Part shown: positions 49,105-62,119 of the stretch, in pieces
Position numbering within the stretch: the first letter of the stretch is position 1
How the letters are laid out: each line of letters opens with the position of its first letter
Program-made: the position numbers and the translations under genes
The notes under the pieces: generated by a model
Database searches by the model: none
The model's input: only the letters and a program-made list of their open reading frames with translations
What the model was told of the DNA's origin: nothing
NCBI GenBank assembly: GCA_964106645.2
Contig: OZ067052.1
From: Podarcis pityusensis
Lineage: Eukaryota
Length of the DNA: 64,000 bases
Direction: 5' to 3' (one strand)

Positions 49105-49319
49105 CACTGGTACCTCGGGTTAAGTACTTAATTCGTTCCCGAGGTCCTGAAGCACCACTTTAGCTAATGGGGCCTCCTGCTGCCACCGCGCCGCCGGAGC
49201 ACGATTTCTGTTCTCATCCTGAAACAAAGTTCTTAACCTGAAGCACTATTTCTGGGTTAGTGGAGTCTGTAACCTGAAGCGTATGTAACCTGAAGCGTAT
49301 GTAACCTGAGGTACCACTG
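49105..49319. mobile_element. Tc1/mariner (Tigger-like) MITE
   Basis: TA-CACTGGTACCTCGG...GAGGTACCACTG-TA; internal 17-bp tandem repeats gtaacctgaagcgtat. Confidence 0.9.
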
Positions 49320-50254
49320 TATAAGTAAAATGTAACATAAACACAAGATCACTTGCTTTTGTTTGGCACCATCAGACAACATTAGAATTCATTGTTTGTG
49401 TGATGCGTTCAAAGGCCTGGAAAACACATTTCCTTGTGTTTGGGGTGCTCTCCCAGATGTCCAGATGGTGCTCTTCCCTTTGTTTCCTGAATGGTATGTG
49501 AGCTTGGCAGGAGGAAGGCAGTACAGTCAAGCATGTCAACATTTTAAGGAGATCAATGCATGCAAGCCAGGCATAGCAACAGCAGCCCAGCAGACAATGG
49601 TCAGAGACAGTCTCCAACCTCCCTACTGCTTGATTTGCTATTAGTTTCTATTTTGGGGAACAATCTTCATATCATAATAATAGACAGGGACAAGGAAATG
49701 AGAAGAAACAGACTCTTCACATCCCCCCAGACGCCAGATATCTGTATTATGACACTGCATGTATTTATTGTTCTTGGGCTGGAAACACTTAATGCAATGG
49801 ACAGGAGGGGCTGGCTTCATACAGGCTTCTTGGTTATTCCACTGTTGGAGCTACCAAGTTTGAATTAAATAAGCAGTTGCTCCTTCTCTTTTACACACTC
49901 ACTTGACTTCTACTTGTGTAGTTCAGTTTAATTTGCTAACTAGTTCATTGGAGCTGGTGTTAATTTTTGCCCACAATGCAATGTTGAGGTGACTTGGAAG
50001 ATCCCCTACACAGCCAAAAATGTACTCATACAAGAAGACTTGCTCTCACTCACAAAACTAGTTTTGCTTGCCCTAGCAAAATCTGATTAACTAATATGAT
50101 GACGTCAATGTTGCTAGGAAGAAGGCTGATTTGAAAAAGAGAGAAAATGGAGGCGAAAATACAGTAGGATGGCATTATGGCAAGGTTCACAATGGAAGTG
50201 CATGAATTGCTGACTGAATATCAAGTTCTGGGAAGTGTGGACTGTCTAATGTGT

Positions 50255-50719
50255 GTAGATGACTCTATACTATAACTAATCCAGAATGTGGCAGCTAGAC
50301 TGTTGACTAGGAGTGCTTGGTGGGACTATATAACACCAGTCCTATTAGATCTACAAGATCAAAGTGTTGGTACTGACCTTTAAAGTCCTCAATGACCTTG
50401 GTCAGCCATTGAGGTCCAGCTGTGAGGGCCTTCTGGCGGTTCCCTCAGTGTGAGAAGTGAAGTTACAGGGAACCAGGCAGAGAGCCTTCTCAGTAATGGC
50501 ACCCACCTTGTGGAACACCTTCTCAATAGATGTCAAGGGGATAAAAAACTATAAGACTTTTAGAAGACATATGAAGACAGCCCTGTATAGGGAAGTTTTT
50601 AATGCTTGATGTTTTGCTGTGTTTTTATTACATTGGAAGCTGCCCAGAGTGGCTGGGGCAATCAGTCAGATGGGTGGCGGATGATGATGATGATGATGAA
50701 GAAGAAGAAGAAGAAGAAG
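50255..50719 (+). mobile_element. L2 LINE 3' fragment ending in a (GAT)n(GAA)n tail
   Basis: Remnants resembling QLIQNVAARLLT and RAFSVMAPTLWN; terminal gctgcccagagtggctggggcaa. Confidence 0.8.
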
Positions 50720-52347
50720 TGCTGAAGCTGCATCCTTTGTTCCAAATCAAGCCCAACAAGCGATTCTACATCTGTTGTCTTCCATTCTTTCATCCCAATG
50801 CAGAACTGTGAAGTGGAGAAGAATCACTCTCTGACCTTCAGAAATTATTCTCCTCTTCACTCTACAGGTAGATTAATCTGTCAATTTCAGTTTCTCACCA
50901 TTTCCTATTTCTTTACAATCTTAAGTTCAGCTGTCCACATTTCTGTATCAGACTGCAATATTTATTTATTTATTAAAAAGCTCGTGGAAATCCACCAAAC
51001 TTTTCAGTGCAGGTTTTCATTTTTGCAAGCAAAAGTAGCATTGTTCAGTGTTATTTGCAACAGATAAATGCATTTCTATGCCCACTTCCCTAATATCCAT
51101 ATTTCTATACGCATTGCTTGGTTGAAGAGCTGCATCCCAAAATTCAGAGAAGTATGGATTTCAAAGGATGGTTGAGTATCAGTTCATGTATTGTTTCAGA
51201 AAGTGCAAATTAGGTGAACTGAGCCAAACATCTGCCCCATCCATAATCTGGTCTCATGGGCCACAGTCACCAATAACTGATTTAGACTACCTTCATATCA
51301 ATCCCTTAAGGCATGCAGATAAACAAATATTGCCAGTGAGTCACACTTAAAAATATTTGGGGAATTTGTCACTTCATTTTCCTGAGTGAAAGCTGTCAGA
51401 ACACATTGGAGCTGGTAAATCTCACTCCCTGCTGTTCCTTTGGGCCCATTCCCCTGGTGTCGAGTCTGTTGACCTCCTTTCAGGTCATCCTTCCATCCCT
51501 GTGGATAGCAATGAATTGGATATTTCCTTCTTAAACATCCCAAGAGGGTCAGGAATAAGAGGTTGCATGTCATAAACTCAGGCACTTAAAATCCCCCTGA
51601 TGGAGATGAATTAATTGACAAGGGATTAAGGGGGAATTAGCTGCCTTGGGTAGGCTCTTGGGAAGCCAGGAAGAAGCTGCATGAAAAATAGCTTGCCCGG
51701 ACCTCCAGTGTCCTAAGCGCCTGTCAATTCTTGTTTGAAACAAGTGCCCTAGTCTCATCCAATATCCATCTAACCTTTCCACTCTCCATTGCTCTGTTTC
51801 CTTGGTAACCATGTAAAAGTCCTGGAAAAAGGCACAGCTGCCTCTTAAAAAAGAAAAAAAGAAAAGCAAAAGCAAGAGGGATAGAGAAGGAGAGAGAGAC
51901 TGGCAATGTATTCTTTCAAGAGTCTCTCTCTTTATAGGTGTCTTTCCATCCCACAAGCTCCAGACCTTTAGAGCCTGTAAAATCTCACCTTGAGTGTGCA
52001 GCAAATTAAGAGGATAATTAGGTGGGAGTTGCCAGGAAGCAAGATGGCCAATCCACTGTTAAAGTTAAAGTTTGGAAGCTGCTAAAGGGATGCCACATGG
52101 TGCAGAGTGTGTAGCACAGCTTGTCAGAGCAAGGTGCACAAGGGGGGATAAATTGGTGGTCCAGCCACAGCATATGAGAACTCAGTTCAATCTTGTGCCA
52201 GAGAAGGTCCTAGGGTCTTTCTCTCTGAGTGTATGCTTTCATTGACACACAGATCTTTAATTTGCTGGGAATATTATAAAACAACATAGGAAGTTGTTTT
52301 ATATTGAGTCAGAATATTAGCCCATCTAACTCAGTACTGTCTACATT

Positions 52348-53000
52348 GACTTGGGTGAAGGAATTGAGGGGATGCTCAGCAAATTTGCAGATGACACCAA
52401 ACTGGGTGGGGTAGCTAATGTCGCAAAAGACAGAATCGGGACTCAAATGAATTTCAAATGTAAGGTTCTACACTTTGGTAGGAATAACCAGCTGCAACAA
52501 AATAAGATGGGGGATAGACAGGATCTGGGAGTCTTCATGGACCATGAGCTTCACATGAGTCAACAGTGTGATGCAGCAGTAAAAAAAGCTAATATTGTTC
52601 TAGGCTGTATCAACAAAAGTAGTGTCCCGCTCAAAATAAATAATAGTACTGCTCTATTCTGCCTTGGTCACACCTGGAATACTGTGTCCAGTTCTTAGGA
52701 TATTGACAAGCTGGAACATTTGCAGAGGATGGTGACCAAGAAGAGTAACGGTCTAGAAACCTAGCCTTATGGGGAACAGTTGAAGGAGCTGGGTATGTTT
52801 GGTCTGGATAAGAGGAGACTGAGAGAATATATGATAGCCATCTTCAACAATTTAAAGGCTTGTCATATGAAGATGGAGCAAGCTTGTTTGAACCTGCTCT
52901 AAAGGGTAGGACCCAAATCAATGGATTCAATAAGCAAGAAAAGAGATTCTGACTAAACACCAAGAACTTTCTGACAGTAAGAGATGTTTGACAATGGAGC
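52348..53000 (+). mobile_element. CR1 LINE ORF2 (reverse transcriptase) remnant
   Basis: EGMLSKFADDTKLGG (RT catalytic motif), KCKVLHFG, DLGV, MSQQCDAAVKKANIVLGCI; frameshifted and deleted. Confidence 0.92.
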
Positions 53001-53678
53001 TGACTCAAGGCAGTATGGGGATCTGGTCATCATTTTATATAGAAAGGACCAAAAACACCTATTAGATATTATTTCCTTCTAACAGTGAGTAGTGGCTTTT
53101 GTTTCCACGAGTCAGGAGCTTCAGGCCCAGGGGTTCAATGTAGCCCTCCAGCCCTCTCTATATCACCCATGGAACTCTCCCCAAGCCACACCCACTTTCC
53201 CCAGTTCACACCCCTCACCAACCCTTCTTCACACCCTAAATGGTTCTGCCTGGCTGGAATGTGCCTTTGAACTTTGATATGGTTGCTTGTCTGGATGGAC
53301 AATAGAGAGGGGGTATATAGCTCTGTTTTAAAACTAGTATACTGTGCAAAAGTAATATTAGCACTCATTGCTTGTTCACTTTTGTCTCAGGTCCCACCCA
53401 CCACTGGCATGTGGCCCTTGGAAGGTTGCTCAGAAAGGAAGGTGGCCCTCAGGCTGGAAGAGGTTCTCTATGCCTGAACTACAGGGGCAGCCACCAGGCT
53501 ACATTTTCCCAACTTCCTCCCCCCTCCATTATAGAAAACAGCATTTCTGCTCTGTGAGGATTTGGGACTCTTTCGTTGTCCAGCAGGAAGGGTGGTCAGA
53601 AGATGGGAAGCTTCAGGTCATGTGGGACAAGCTGAAAATGTTGGCCATTGCTGGACTCACTGATCCATCACTTCAAAG

Positions 53679-54014
53679 CAGGGGCAGAGGAAGGGGGTGG
53701 TGGGGGCAGGCCACGCCGGGTGTTACCACGGACGGGTGGTGACAAAATGGTGGGCAGCACTCACTGAGGAGCCTGCAGCACGCCCGAGCCATGCATCTCT
53801 CCTGGGAGTGACATGGTGGCTTGGGCACCCGCAGGCTCCGCGCTGTCCCAAACGGTCCGCCTGCCGCCTCTCCCTCAGCCGTAGGACGGCTGAGTGGGAG
53901 GAGGCAAGCAGACTCCTTGGAGGCCCCGTGGAGCATCCTGCCCCAGCTGGCCTCACCCCTGGGCACAGGGCACACGCATCACCCCAGGCACCCAATCGGC
54001 TTGCTCTGCTACTG
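53679..54014. mobile_element. GC-rich hAT MITE
   Basis: Perfect 8-bp TSD cttcaaag; TIRs CAGGGGCAGAG / CTCTGCTACTG. Confidence 0.85.
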
Positions 54015-54512
54015 CTTCAAAGGCAGGCACTGAGTTTTTAATCACTGACTGTCTGTACCATGCAGCCACCCAGGATGCCAAATGCCAGGAGAGTTTTGTC
54101 AGCCTATCTCAGTGTTGATGCCTTGGCACTTCCAACCTGCTGGCATTTCAGGTTTCAGTGTGTTAACAGACAAGAGGCCCGTTGTACAGCCTTTCTCGGA
54201 GTTGTGCCACTCTGTGAAGCACAACATGCTAAGAACTTGATATTTACAGTACTCCTTGTCACTCTACCAGTGGTTAACAAAGGTCAGAACTTGAGGCTGT
54301 CGTTAAACCATCTTCACTGGTTCATAAAGGCGGAGCAATTCCCTCTCACTTTTCTCTGTTCTGACCCGGCCCTGTTGCTCATTCTACTTCTTGGTTGCCA
54401 AACATCTCCTGCCCATCCATAGGAGGTCTAATTCTAATTGCCCATTTTTAGAAGTTGGGTTCCTAGATAGAATAGGAATGAAGGAGCTGCCTTATTTACT
54501 TGCCTGTCTAGT

Positions 54513-55669
54513 CAGGAACACAGGAAGCTGCTTCATACTGAGTCAGGCCATTGTTCTAGCTGGCTTAGTATCATCAACACTGACTGGCAGTGGCTCTCTA
54601 GGGATTTAGGCAGGGAATATTCCCATCCCTACCTGGAGAACCTGGGTTTCTGGAGGCAAAGCTCTACCAGTGAGCTACAAGCTTCCCCAATAAATTAAGT
54701 TTCCATTCCTCATGGTCTGAATAAAGGGATGATTTAATTAGGAACACAGTAAGCTGCCTTACATTGAGTCAGGTCATTGGTTCATCTAACTCAGTATTGC
54801 TAGCATTGACTGACAGTGCCTCTCCAGGTGTTAGCTTAGTCTCTGCCAGCCCTACCTGGAGACTGAAGCTGGGAATTTTAGCATTGCAAAGCTGATGCTC
54901 TGCTACTGAGCTGTGGCCCAAGGCTGGTCCTATTGTGAGACAGAGCAAGACAGATACCCCAGGTGGCAGATGCAGAGGCCTGGGAGTGGATAATGCCTGC
55001 CATGCACCCCTCTGACATCCTGAGATGCAGTGGATGAAGTGTCTAACTTAAAATTCAGCAGGAAATCTGGTCAGCTTTTGTGCATAAATTGAGGGAAAGC
55101 ACAATATTGTCCATCCCAGGATAAGCAGGTAGGGAATGTATTGGCTCAGTCCTGTCTATAGGAGCATAGGAAGCTGCTCCTATAGTCAGACTATTGGTCC
55201 ATCTAGCTCAGTACTGTCTGCACTGACTGCCAGTAGCTGTCCACGATTTCAGGCACAGATCATCCTCATTTCTAACTAAAGATCCTGCGGTTGAAGCTGG
55301 AAATTTTTGTATGCAAAGCAGATGGCCACAGAGCCATGGCCCCTTCCCCTTAGCTAGGTGTTATTTACACTTACTCACCTGGGTCATCCTGCCAGGATTG
55401 AGCCTGGGACCTTCTGCATGAACATCTCTTTCCTTGATAAATTAGTTTCACTCCTCTTGGTCGGAATAAAGGGATGGTTTAATTAGGAACACAGGAAGCT
55501 GCCTTATATTGAATCAGTATCTAGCTCAGGATTCTCAATGCTGACTGGAAGTAGCTCTCTAGAGATTCAGACAGGGGTCTATCCCAGACCTAACTGGATA
55601 TGCTAGGGATTAAACCTAGGACCTTCTCTGTGCAAAGCAAGTGCCTCACCACCGCTGAGCTATGGCCCT
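54513..55669 (-). mobile_element. Cluster of four co-oriented tRNA-derived SINEs plus a fragment
   Basis: Copies at ~54513-54690, 54739-54919, 55161-55348 and 55484-55669, each starting with a ggaacacaggaagctgc-like reverse tail. Confidence 0.85.
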
Positions 55670-58600
55670 TACAAAAGGGCCACAAAAAGCAACAGGGCCA
55701 GCCCTACCATGAGGCAAAGTGAGACAGCTGCAGATACTGAAGGGTGGTGAATGAAAAGAGTTAAGCATGCAAACATCATGCAGCATATCCTGTAGCAAAG
55801 CTCAGGTGCAGTGGAGGATATTGAAGTAAGACTCAACTGCCAGTTGGGTCAGCTTTTTGCACATGGAATGGAGAGAGGTGCCATCTTTTCCATGGTTTCA
55901 GGCAACAAAATGTATTGGACCAGCCTTGGAAAGCAACCAAGAGCACTAGAGGTCTATCACATCTACTGCATACTGCTGCTTCATCCCATCTTGCTACTCC
56001 TCAGACAGTGGAAACAGAGCAGTGGGTGTCACTCATTGTCTATAACAATTGAGCCATGGTTGGCAAAGTATTACTTCAGTCTTTCCACTTGAGTCACAGA
56101 CGAGAGAGTTATTGTCAGAAACAACTCATTTCTCCCAAAGCAAAAAAGAAATAAATAAAAAATACCTGCGGAACAAGAAGAATTAGAAAGGCTCAGGGAC
56201 ACTGGGTGAGGTAAGCCACTCTAGTCGCAATGGATTATTTGGGGAGGCAGATCAACAGACTGGAAAGGTCAGAGCTGAATGACTAGGTTTTGTCACAGCG
56301 ATATCAAGTAACCCAGGTGCCCAACCATGTGAAAACTGCAAGATGGAAAACAAGGGGGGAATTCTGAGGAGGTATCTTGCTGCCTTTTCTGAAGCCCCAG
56401 GACATGGTTAGCTGCAACTGCTGGAATCCCCTCCTCACTTTCTTCTGGTCACCCTGAAGGAACTGGGTGTGTTTGGTTTGGAGAAGAGAAGTATGAAGGG
56501 GTGAGATGCCACAGCCCTCTTCACATTTCAGAAGGGCTATCAAAACAACAACAAAAATACAACAACAACAACATAAAGATGGAAAGCCTTGTTCTCTGGT
56601 TCTACAGCTGAAAAAACTAGGGACCCATCTGCACTATACATATAAACAGTATCATCCCACTTTAAAGAGTCATGGCTTTCCCCAAAGAATCCCAGGAAAT
56701 ATATTTTTGGGGTTTTTTTAGGGTTCCGAGAGTTGTTAGGAAATTGCTGTTCCTTTCACAGGGCTGCAGTTCTCTGGGTAGTTTGACCATCAATCTCTCT
56801 TTCCAGGGAAATCTGGGAATTGCAGTTCTATGAGTGGCATGGGGTTATACTTCCCAATTTCTGTGGAGCTTCTAAGCACATAATGCAGGGTTCCTGATTG
56901 CTTGGGGGGCTTCTAAGCACATTCAGCTGAATGCGCTTAGAAGCCTTCTTCAGCTCCCTGCTTGATGGAGGAAGGAAGGAGGACATGCCTGCCTAATGGG
57001 GGCAAGGTTGCCATACACCCTCCTCCCCAGTTTGAACCCTCATGCATTTCTTTTGCATATCTGAAGGGGGCTCCCAATTATGTTAATGGTGTAATGGATT
57101 GTATCAATGCCGTTTTACTTGCAGCCACTCATAAATAAAGTACTCAAAAGAAAAAGAAAAATCAAAGTGTAACACAAGCAGAACAAGACTGACATCCACA
57201 TCTAATCTAATACACAGTGGATACACAGCACCCAGAAGAGACAATCTGGATCCTTGGCTCTGAGAGCCACTTACTGGCTTTCATCAACACATTATAATAT
57301 TAATCAAGACTCATAATGTGCAGTGATTTGCATGCCAACAAATATATTTACACTGTAAATTGTTTGTTGAAAAGCCTCAGAGAAATATGCAATTCATTGC
57401 TATAGAGCTTGGGTAGAAGAAGAAAAAATGTGTTTGTTTTATTAAGCAGCCTCCTTATAGAACTTTTTTATTTTGTTTTTGTCTTCTGGATTTGGCAAAG
57501 AAAATCATTAGCATTCATTTCCAATTATCCACACAGGCCTCAGCACTGAGGCACGTAACTAGATCACAATTGCTTTGGAATGCCAAATAACTTACAAAAG
57601 CATCATATTCATGGACCACCAAGGAGCTGGGTAGAAACTTGATCAGAAAAGGAGACAAGAAGAACATTTAATGTCAGTCAATAAGGAATCAGACAACCAG
57701 CTGTTTGCTTGCTTTTCCCCACCCAGTTTTTTGCTTGGCAGATAGCTAACATATTTTGTGTTTTTTAAAGGAAGGGCCATGTTTATGTTCCCTCTGTTTT
57801 TAAAATGCATATGTCTATGCTCAGTTACAGCATACATGTGCCCTAACTAGAGATGGGAAAACATGTGAATTTCAGTTTCTCTCTGTTTCTCATCTCATGT
57901 TTGGTTCTCCACATTTCCCTATCAGGTTGCAATTTTATTTTATTTTAAAGAAAATTTATCATGGAAATCTATCAGAATTTTAGTACAAATTTCTCCTAAT
58001 GCACACATTTTTGCAAAACAATTTCCCCCGATATGATGTCCACACTACCCTAGTACATGCACTTTTGTGCATATTACTTGCCTTGAGAATGGCATTGCAA
58101 AAATCAGAAATGTGTGAATTTTCAAGGAAGGCTTTATTTGGTTCAAGCTTCCCTGCTTGAGAACACATAAAGGTAGCTAGAGGGGCAAATATTCTGATCT
58201 GGAATCAGGCAACCCCCTTCACTCCCAACGATTCAGATCTGTATAGTTCTACTGTGAGGTGTTTGGTGGGGGTGGGGGTCAGTCTGTATCGTATATATGA
58301 GTATGTGAAGAAAATTATGTGCAGTTAAGGAAATTTGGCTGGGAATTCAGGGAATTGTTCATGTAATGTATGTGGATGACTCACAGGCACATCAAACTAC
58401 AGTCTGTGTTTTCAAACAGAGAAGACAATAGTGTAAGCATATTGCAGATACTACTATTCATGCAATTACTTGTATATCTACGTTTGTATGTACAGTAGTT
58501 GTATCCTGAATGTATGATGTCAGTAAATGAGAAGGCCAAAATTTCTGCAAAAATAAACATACTTTGTACACAACATTAGTTACCATAGTTCCACAATGAT

Positions 58601-59000
58601 TCAGAAATTTGGGGAAGCAAACATCTCTGAACAAAAGTAATGTCGATAGAGTTTTATCATACTGAACTGTTCTGTACACCCAAACCCACACCCCATCCGA
58701 ATAAGATCTCATCTATGTTTAAAACACATTGAGAATCTTTTACCTACCAATAGAGTAATGCATAACTGCATACACCCATAAAAAGTTGGTGCACCTCTTA
58801 CACATTCCTAGTTCCCTGCTCCCATGAGCCCTTTTCCCTTGCTACTCACATGTGTGTTTAGCCTGCCCCAAATGTCATTCTGCCCACACTGTGACACCAT
58901 TGCTTTCAGCAAAATATCTGCAGTGAGGAGCCTTCGCTATGACTGTAGAATCCCCATATAATTTAGAAGCTCCATCTGCCCTATGCACTTTAAATAGTGA

Positions 59001-59364
59001 TAAAGGTAAAGGTAAAGGGACCCCTGACCATTAGGTCCAGTCATGACCGACTCTGGGGTTGCGGCCCTCATCTCGCTTTATTGGCCGAGGGAGCCGGCAT
59101 ACAGCTTCCGGGTCATGTGACCAGCATGACTAAGCCACTTCTGGTGAGCCAGAGCAGCACATGGAAATGCCATTTACCTTCCCGCTGGAGCGGGAAGTAG
59201 ACCTATTTGTCTACTTGCATTTTGACATGCTTTTGAACTGCTAGGTTGGCAGGAGCAAGGACCGAGCAATGGTAGCTCACCCCATCACGGGGATTCGAAC
59301 CGCCAACCTTCTGATCAGCAAGTCCTAGGCTCTGTAGTTTAACCCACAGCGCCACCCGCGTCCC
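59001..59364 (-). mobile_element. Full-length Sauria SINE
   Basis: Reverse complement has a gggacgcgggtggcgctgtggg head, B box and (ACCTTT)n tail; ~14-bp TSD tttaaa(t/c)agtgata. Confidence 0.93.
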
Positions 59365-60263
59365 TTTAAACAGTGATAGCTTCCGCCAAAGAGTAATGGG
59401 AACTGCAGTTCATTAAGGTATCTGGAAGGTATCTGGGAGTTGTTATGAGGCCCTTATACTCCTCATAGACCTGCAATTCTGAGAGTTCATTGGGGAAAAG
59501 CAAACTGCTCTGGAAATTGTCCACAAGAAAGGGGCATCCCCACACAGTTGATGCAAGAGCAGGACTGTGGTCGCAGTGCTGGTGCTGGTGCTCCATCAAG
59601 CCCTGCCTCTGCCAGAGAATAGGTTAGCAGCCTAAGTTCTGAGCCCTGGCATTAGTCTGGGAGTAAAGCATCCAGGCAATTCATAGTGGAATTTGCAGAG
59701 ATTAACAACCCTGAGCATTCCTGCTCTCCATGCAGTTGGAAGCACCATCCAGTAAGCTTCTGTGCAGTTGCTGGCAATCTGAAGGCAGTGTTATCCATTT
59801 TTCTTACTTTCCTTTATACCTTGGTCTTATCTGCCTCATAACTTGGAAGATTCTGAAGCCTTCAAGGACATTTCCATCACCCTCTCAGTCACCAACCTGC
59901 CTCTGCATTCTCTTACAAGACCTCAGAAGGACAAAACATGGAATCTGAGCTCATACCATTTTCTCCCCAGCTTGCTCTGCTCCTCACTCGTGGGCAAGGA
60001 GTGTTGATTAGCAGAGGTGTTAGAAAAGAATTAAAATGCAAAGGCTCCCTCAAGTTCAGCCACAGTTGCTATTAGCAGGTGTATGGATCTCCTGGTACGG
60101 ACTCTAATTAACACTTTCAAGGGAACACTTTCTCCTCTAGAGCCAAAACTAGTAGATTAAGGGAAGGAGAAAGCAGGTTTCTCCAGTCTTTGTCTTTACA
60201 CCATGGAAGGCCAGGGTTGGCACATAAAGTTGGGGTGCTTGTTGCCTGAAAGAAAATAGGTAA

Positions 60264-60265
<2 letters not shown>

Positions 60266-60306
<41 letters not shown>
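60266..60306. repeat. (TG)20 microsatellite followed by (TTTA)n
   Basis: Direct observation. Confidence 0.95.
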
Positions 60307-60307
<1 letters not shown>

Positions 60308-60404
60308 GTTATTTATTTATTTATTTATTGTAAGCTACATTAGAAGGATGGCTTTAATGGCATTTCTTAAGGGAATGGGAGAGAATTTGCATTGTAGTAA
60401 GAAA

Positions 60405-60682
60405 ATAAGAACAGTCTGCTGGATGAGGCCAATGGCTCATTAAGTCCAGCATCCTGTTCTCAGAGCAGTCACACAGATGCCTGTGAAAAACCCTCAGCCA
60501 GGACCCAAGCACAAGAGCACTCTCCCCACCATTCCTGTAGTTTCAAAAGCATTAATGCCTCCGGCTGTGGAGGCAGAAAATAACCATTGTGGCTAGTAAC
60601 TATTGATAGCCTTGTTCTCTATGAATTTGTCCAATCCTATTTTAAAGACATTCAGGTTGGTGGCTACCATTTCCTCCTTTGG
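60405..60682 (-). mobile_element. CR1 3' end fragment
   Basis: Same tail as 47800 and 45540; minus-strand remnant VATNLNVFKIGLDKFIE. Confidence 0.8.
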
Positions 60683-61049
60683 GAAAGAAACCTGGGAAAG
60701 ACACTGCCTGACACAATAGGCAATGCTGAGTGAGATGGACCAATGTTTTGACTTGCAATAAATCAGCTTCCAAGCCCCTAATGCAATAAAGGTACAGAAT
60801 GGAGGATGGCTGGTCATCCTTTCCTCACACTCCAAGATCCCTTACACTTGCAGAGATGAAGCTGGGCTGCAATTCTCAAACAATATGTTGCCCAACACAA
60901 TCTAAATGGGATGTTCTCAAGTATCCCCTGGAGCATCACAAGTGATTCTGAGGTGCAACACTCAGACTTGGCAGTGCAATAAGTCTCGGGATGGTGATTC
61001 TGACCTAAAGCGCCTCTCACCTACTCAGAACTGAAGCATAGGACAGAGA

Positions 61050-61181
61050 TGGGGCTTTGCATGCAGAAGGTCCAAGTTTCAATCCAACACACCTGGGAAA
61101 AGACCCCTGCCTAAAACTCTGCCAGTCAGTTTGGACAATGCAAAGCTAGACGGACCAGTATATGGTACCCCTGTGTTTCTA
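61050..61181 (+). mobile_element. tRNA-derived SINE fragment
   Basis: gctttgcatgcagaaggtccaagtttcaatcc...gccagtcagtttggacaatg. Confidence 0.7.
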
Positions 61182-62119
61182 AGACAGATTGGTTTGATAG
61201 CTCTACAATTGAGTTGACTTGTTGAATTAACTCAGAGATGTTAGGAGAGAAGTGTGAGGCAGGACAGTTAGTGAGGGGGCATTTCATTCCATCTGATGGA
61301 ACAGTAAAGAGCTACACATCCTGCAGTGAAAGAGTCTGCCAGACATAAATGTCAGGTTTATGAACAATTGAGCCACTCTGTTCCTGCTTGAAATTGCTCT
61401 TTAAGGTCAGAACTGTAAGTGTTCCCTCTGGCGACTGGACTCCTCAGGAAAGTGCAGCGTGGCAAGCCTAGAGAGGGAGCTGTTAGGCTTCCCTAACCTT
61501 TGTTTAGTGAGAAACTCCACTGTGAAGGGCACGGAGATCTCATACTCTCTGCTGTCTGTTGAACCTTGACTGCGGAATTCAGGCTCCACGCTGGTGTTGG
61601 TAATAAAAATTTTATTATCAGGGTTCTAAACTGCTTCCTGGCAGGGCTCTCAATGCATGCTTGCAGTAGGTTCTCTCCTAGGACAAGAGAAGAAAGGGAG
61701 GGTGGTCCAGGGGTGGGGGAATCTTGTGAGGACAGTGCATGGTTAATTTGTTGTGTTGGAATGCAACATAATATATAAGATTAGGGAACACAGTACAACT
61801 AATAGGCGACTCCACTAACATTTGCGATTAACTGTTTTCTGGAGGGAAACACAATTCCATCTTGCAGGTAAGTGTCCTAAACAGGTCACAGGTTTGAAAC
61901 TATGACCATTGGATCTATGGAAAAGAAAGCAAGCCTGGATGCATAATTAAACCAGCTAAAGCATAAAAACACATGCAATACGCAACTATGGCTATGAACC
62001 CACTCCTGTTTACTCACCATCCAGTTTACTCTAGCTGATGATTGAGCAAATGATATACACACAGTGTTAGCTACCACCCACATCTATCCTGAATCTATCC
62101 TGTTGTTTCTTATGAAATA

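Noticed and set aside
49268-49312. 17-bp tandem repeats as a CRISPR-like array
   Set aside because: They are subterminal repeats of a Tigger-like MITE with no spacers, in eukaryotic DNA
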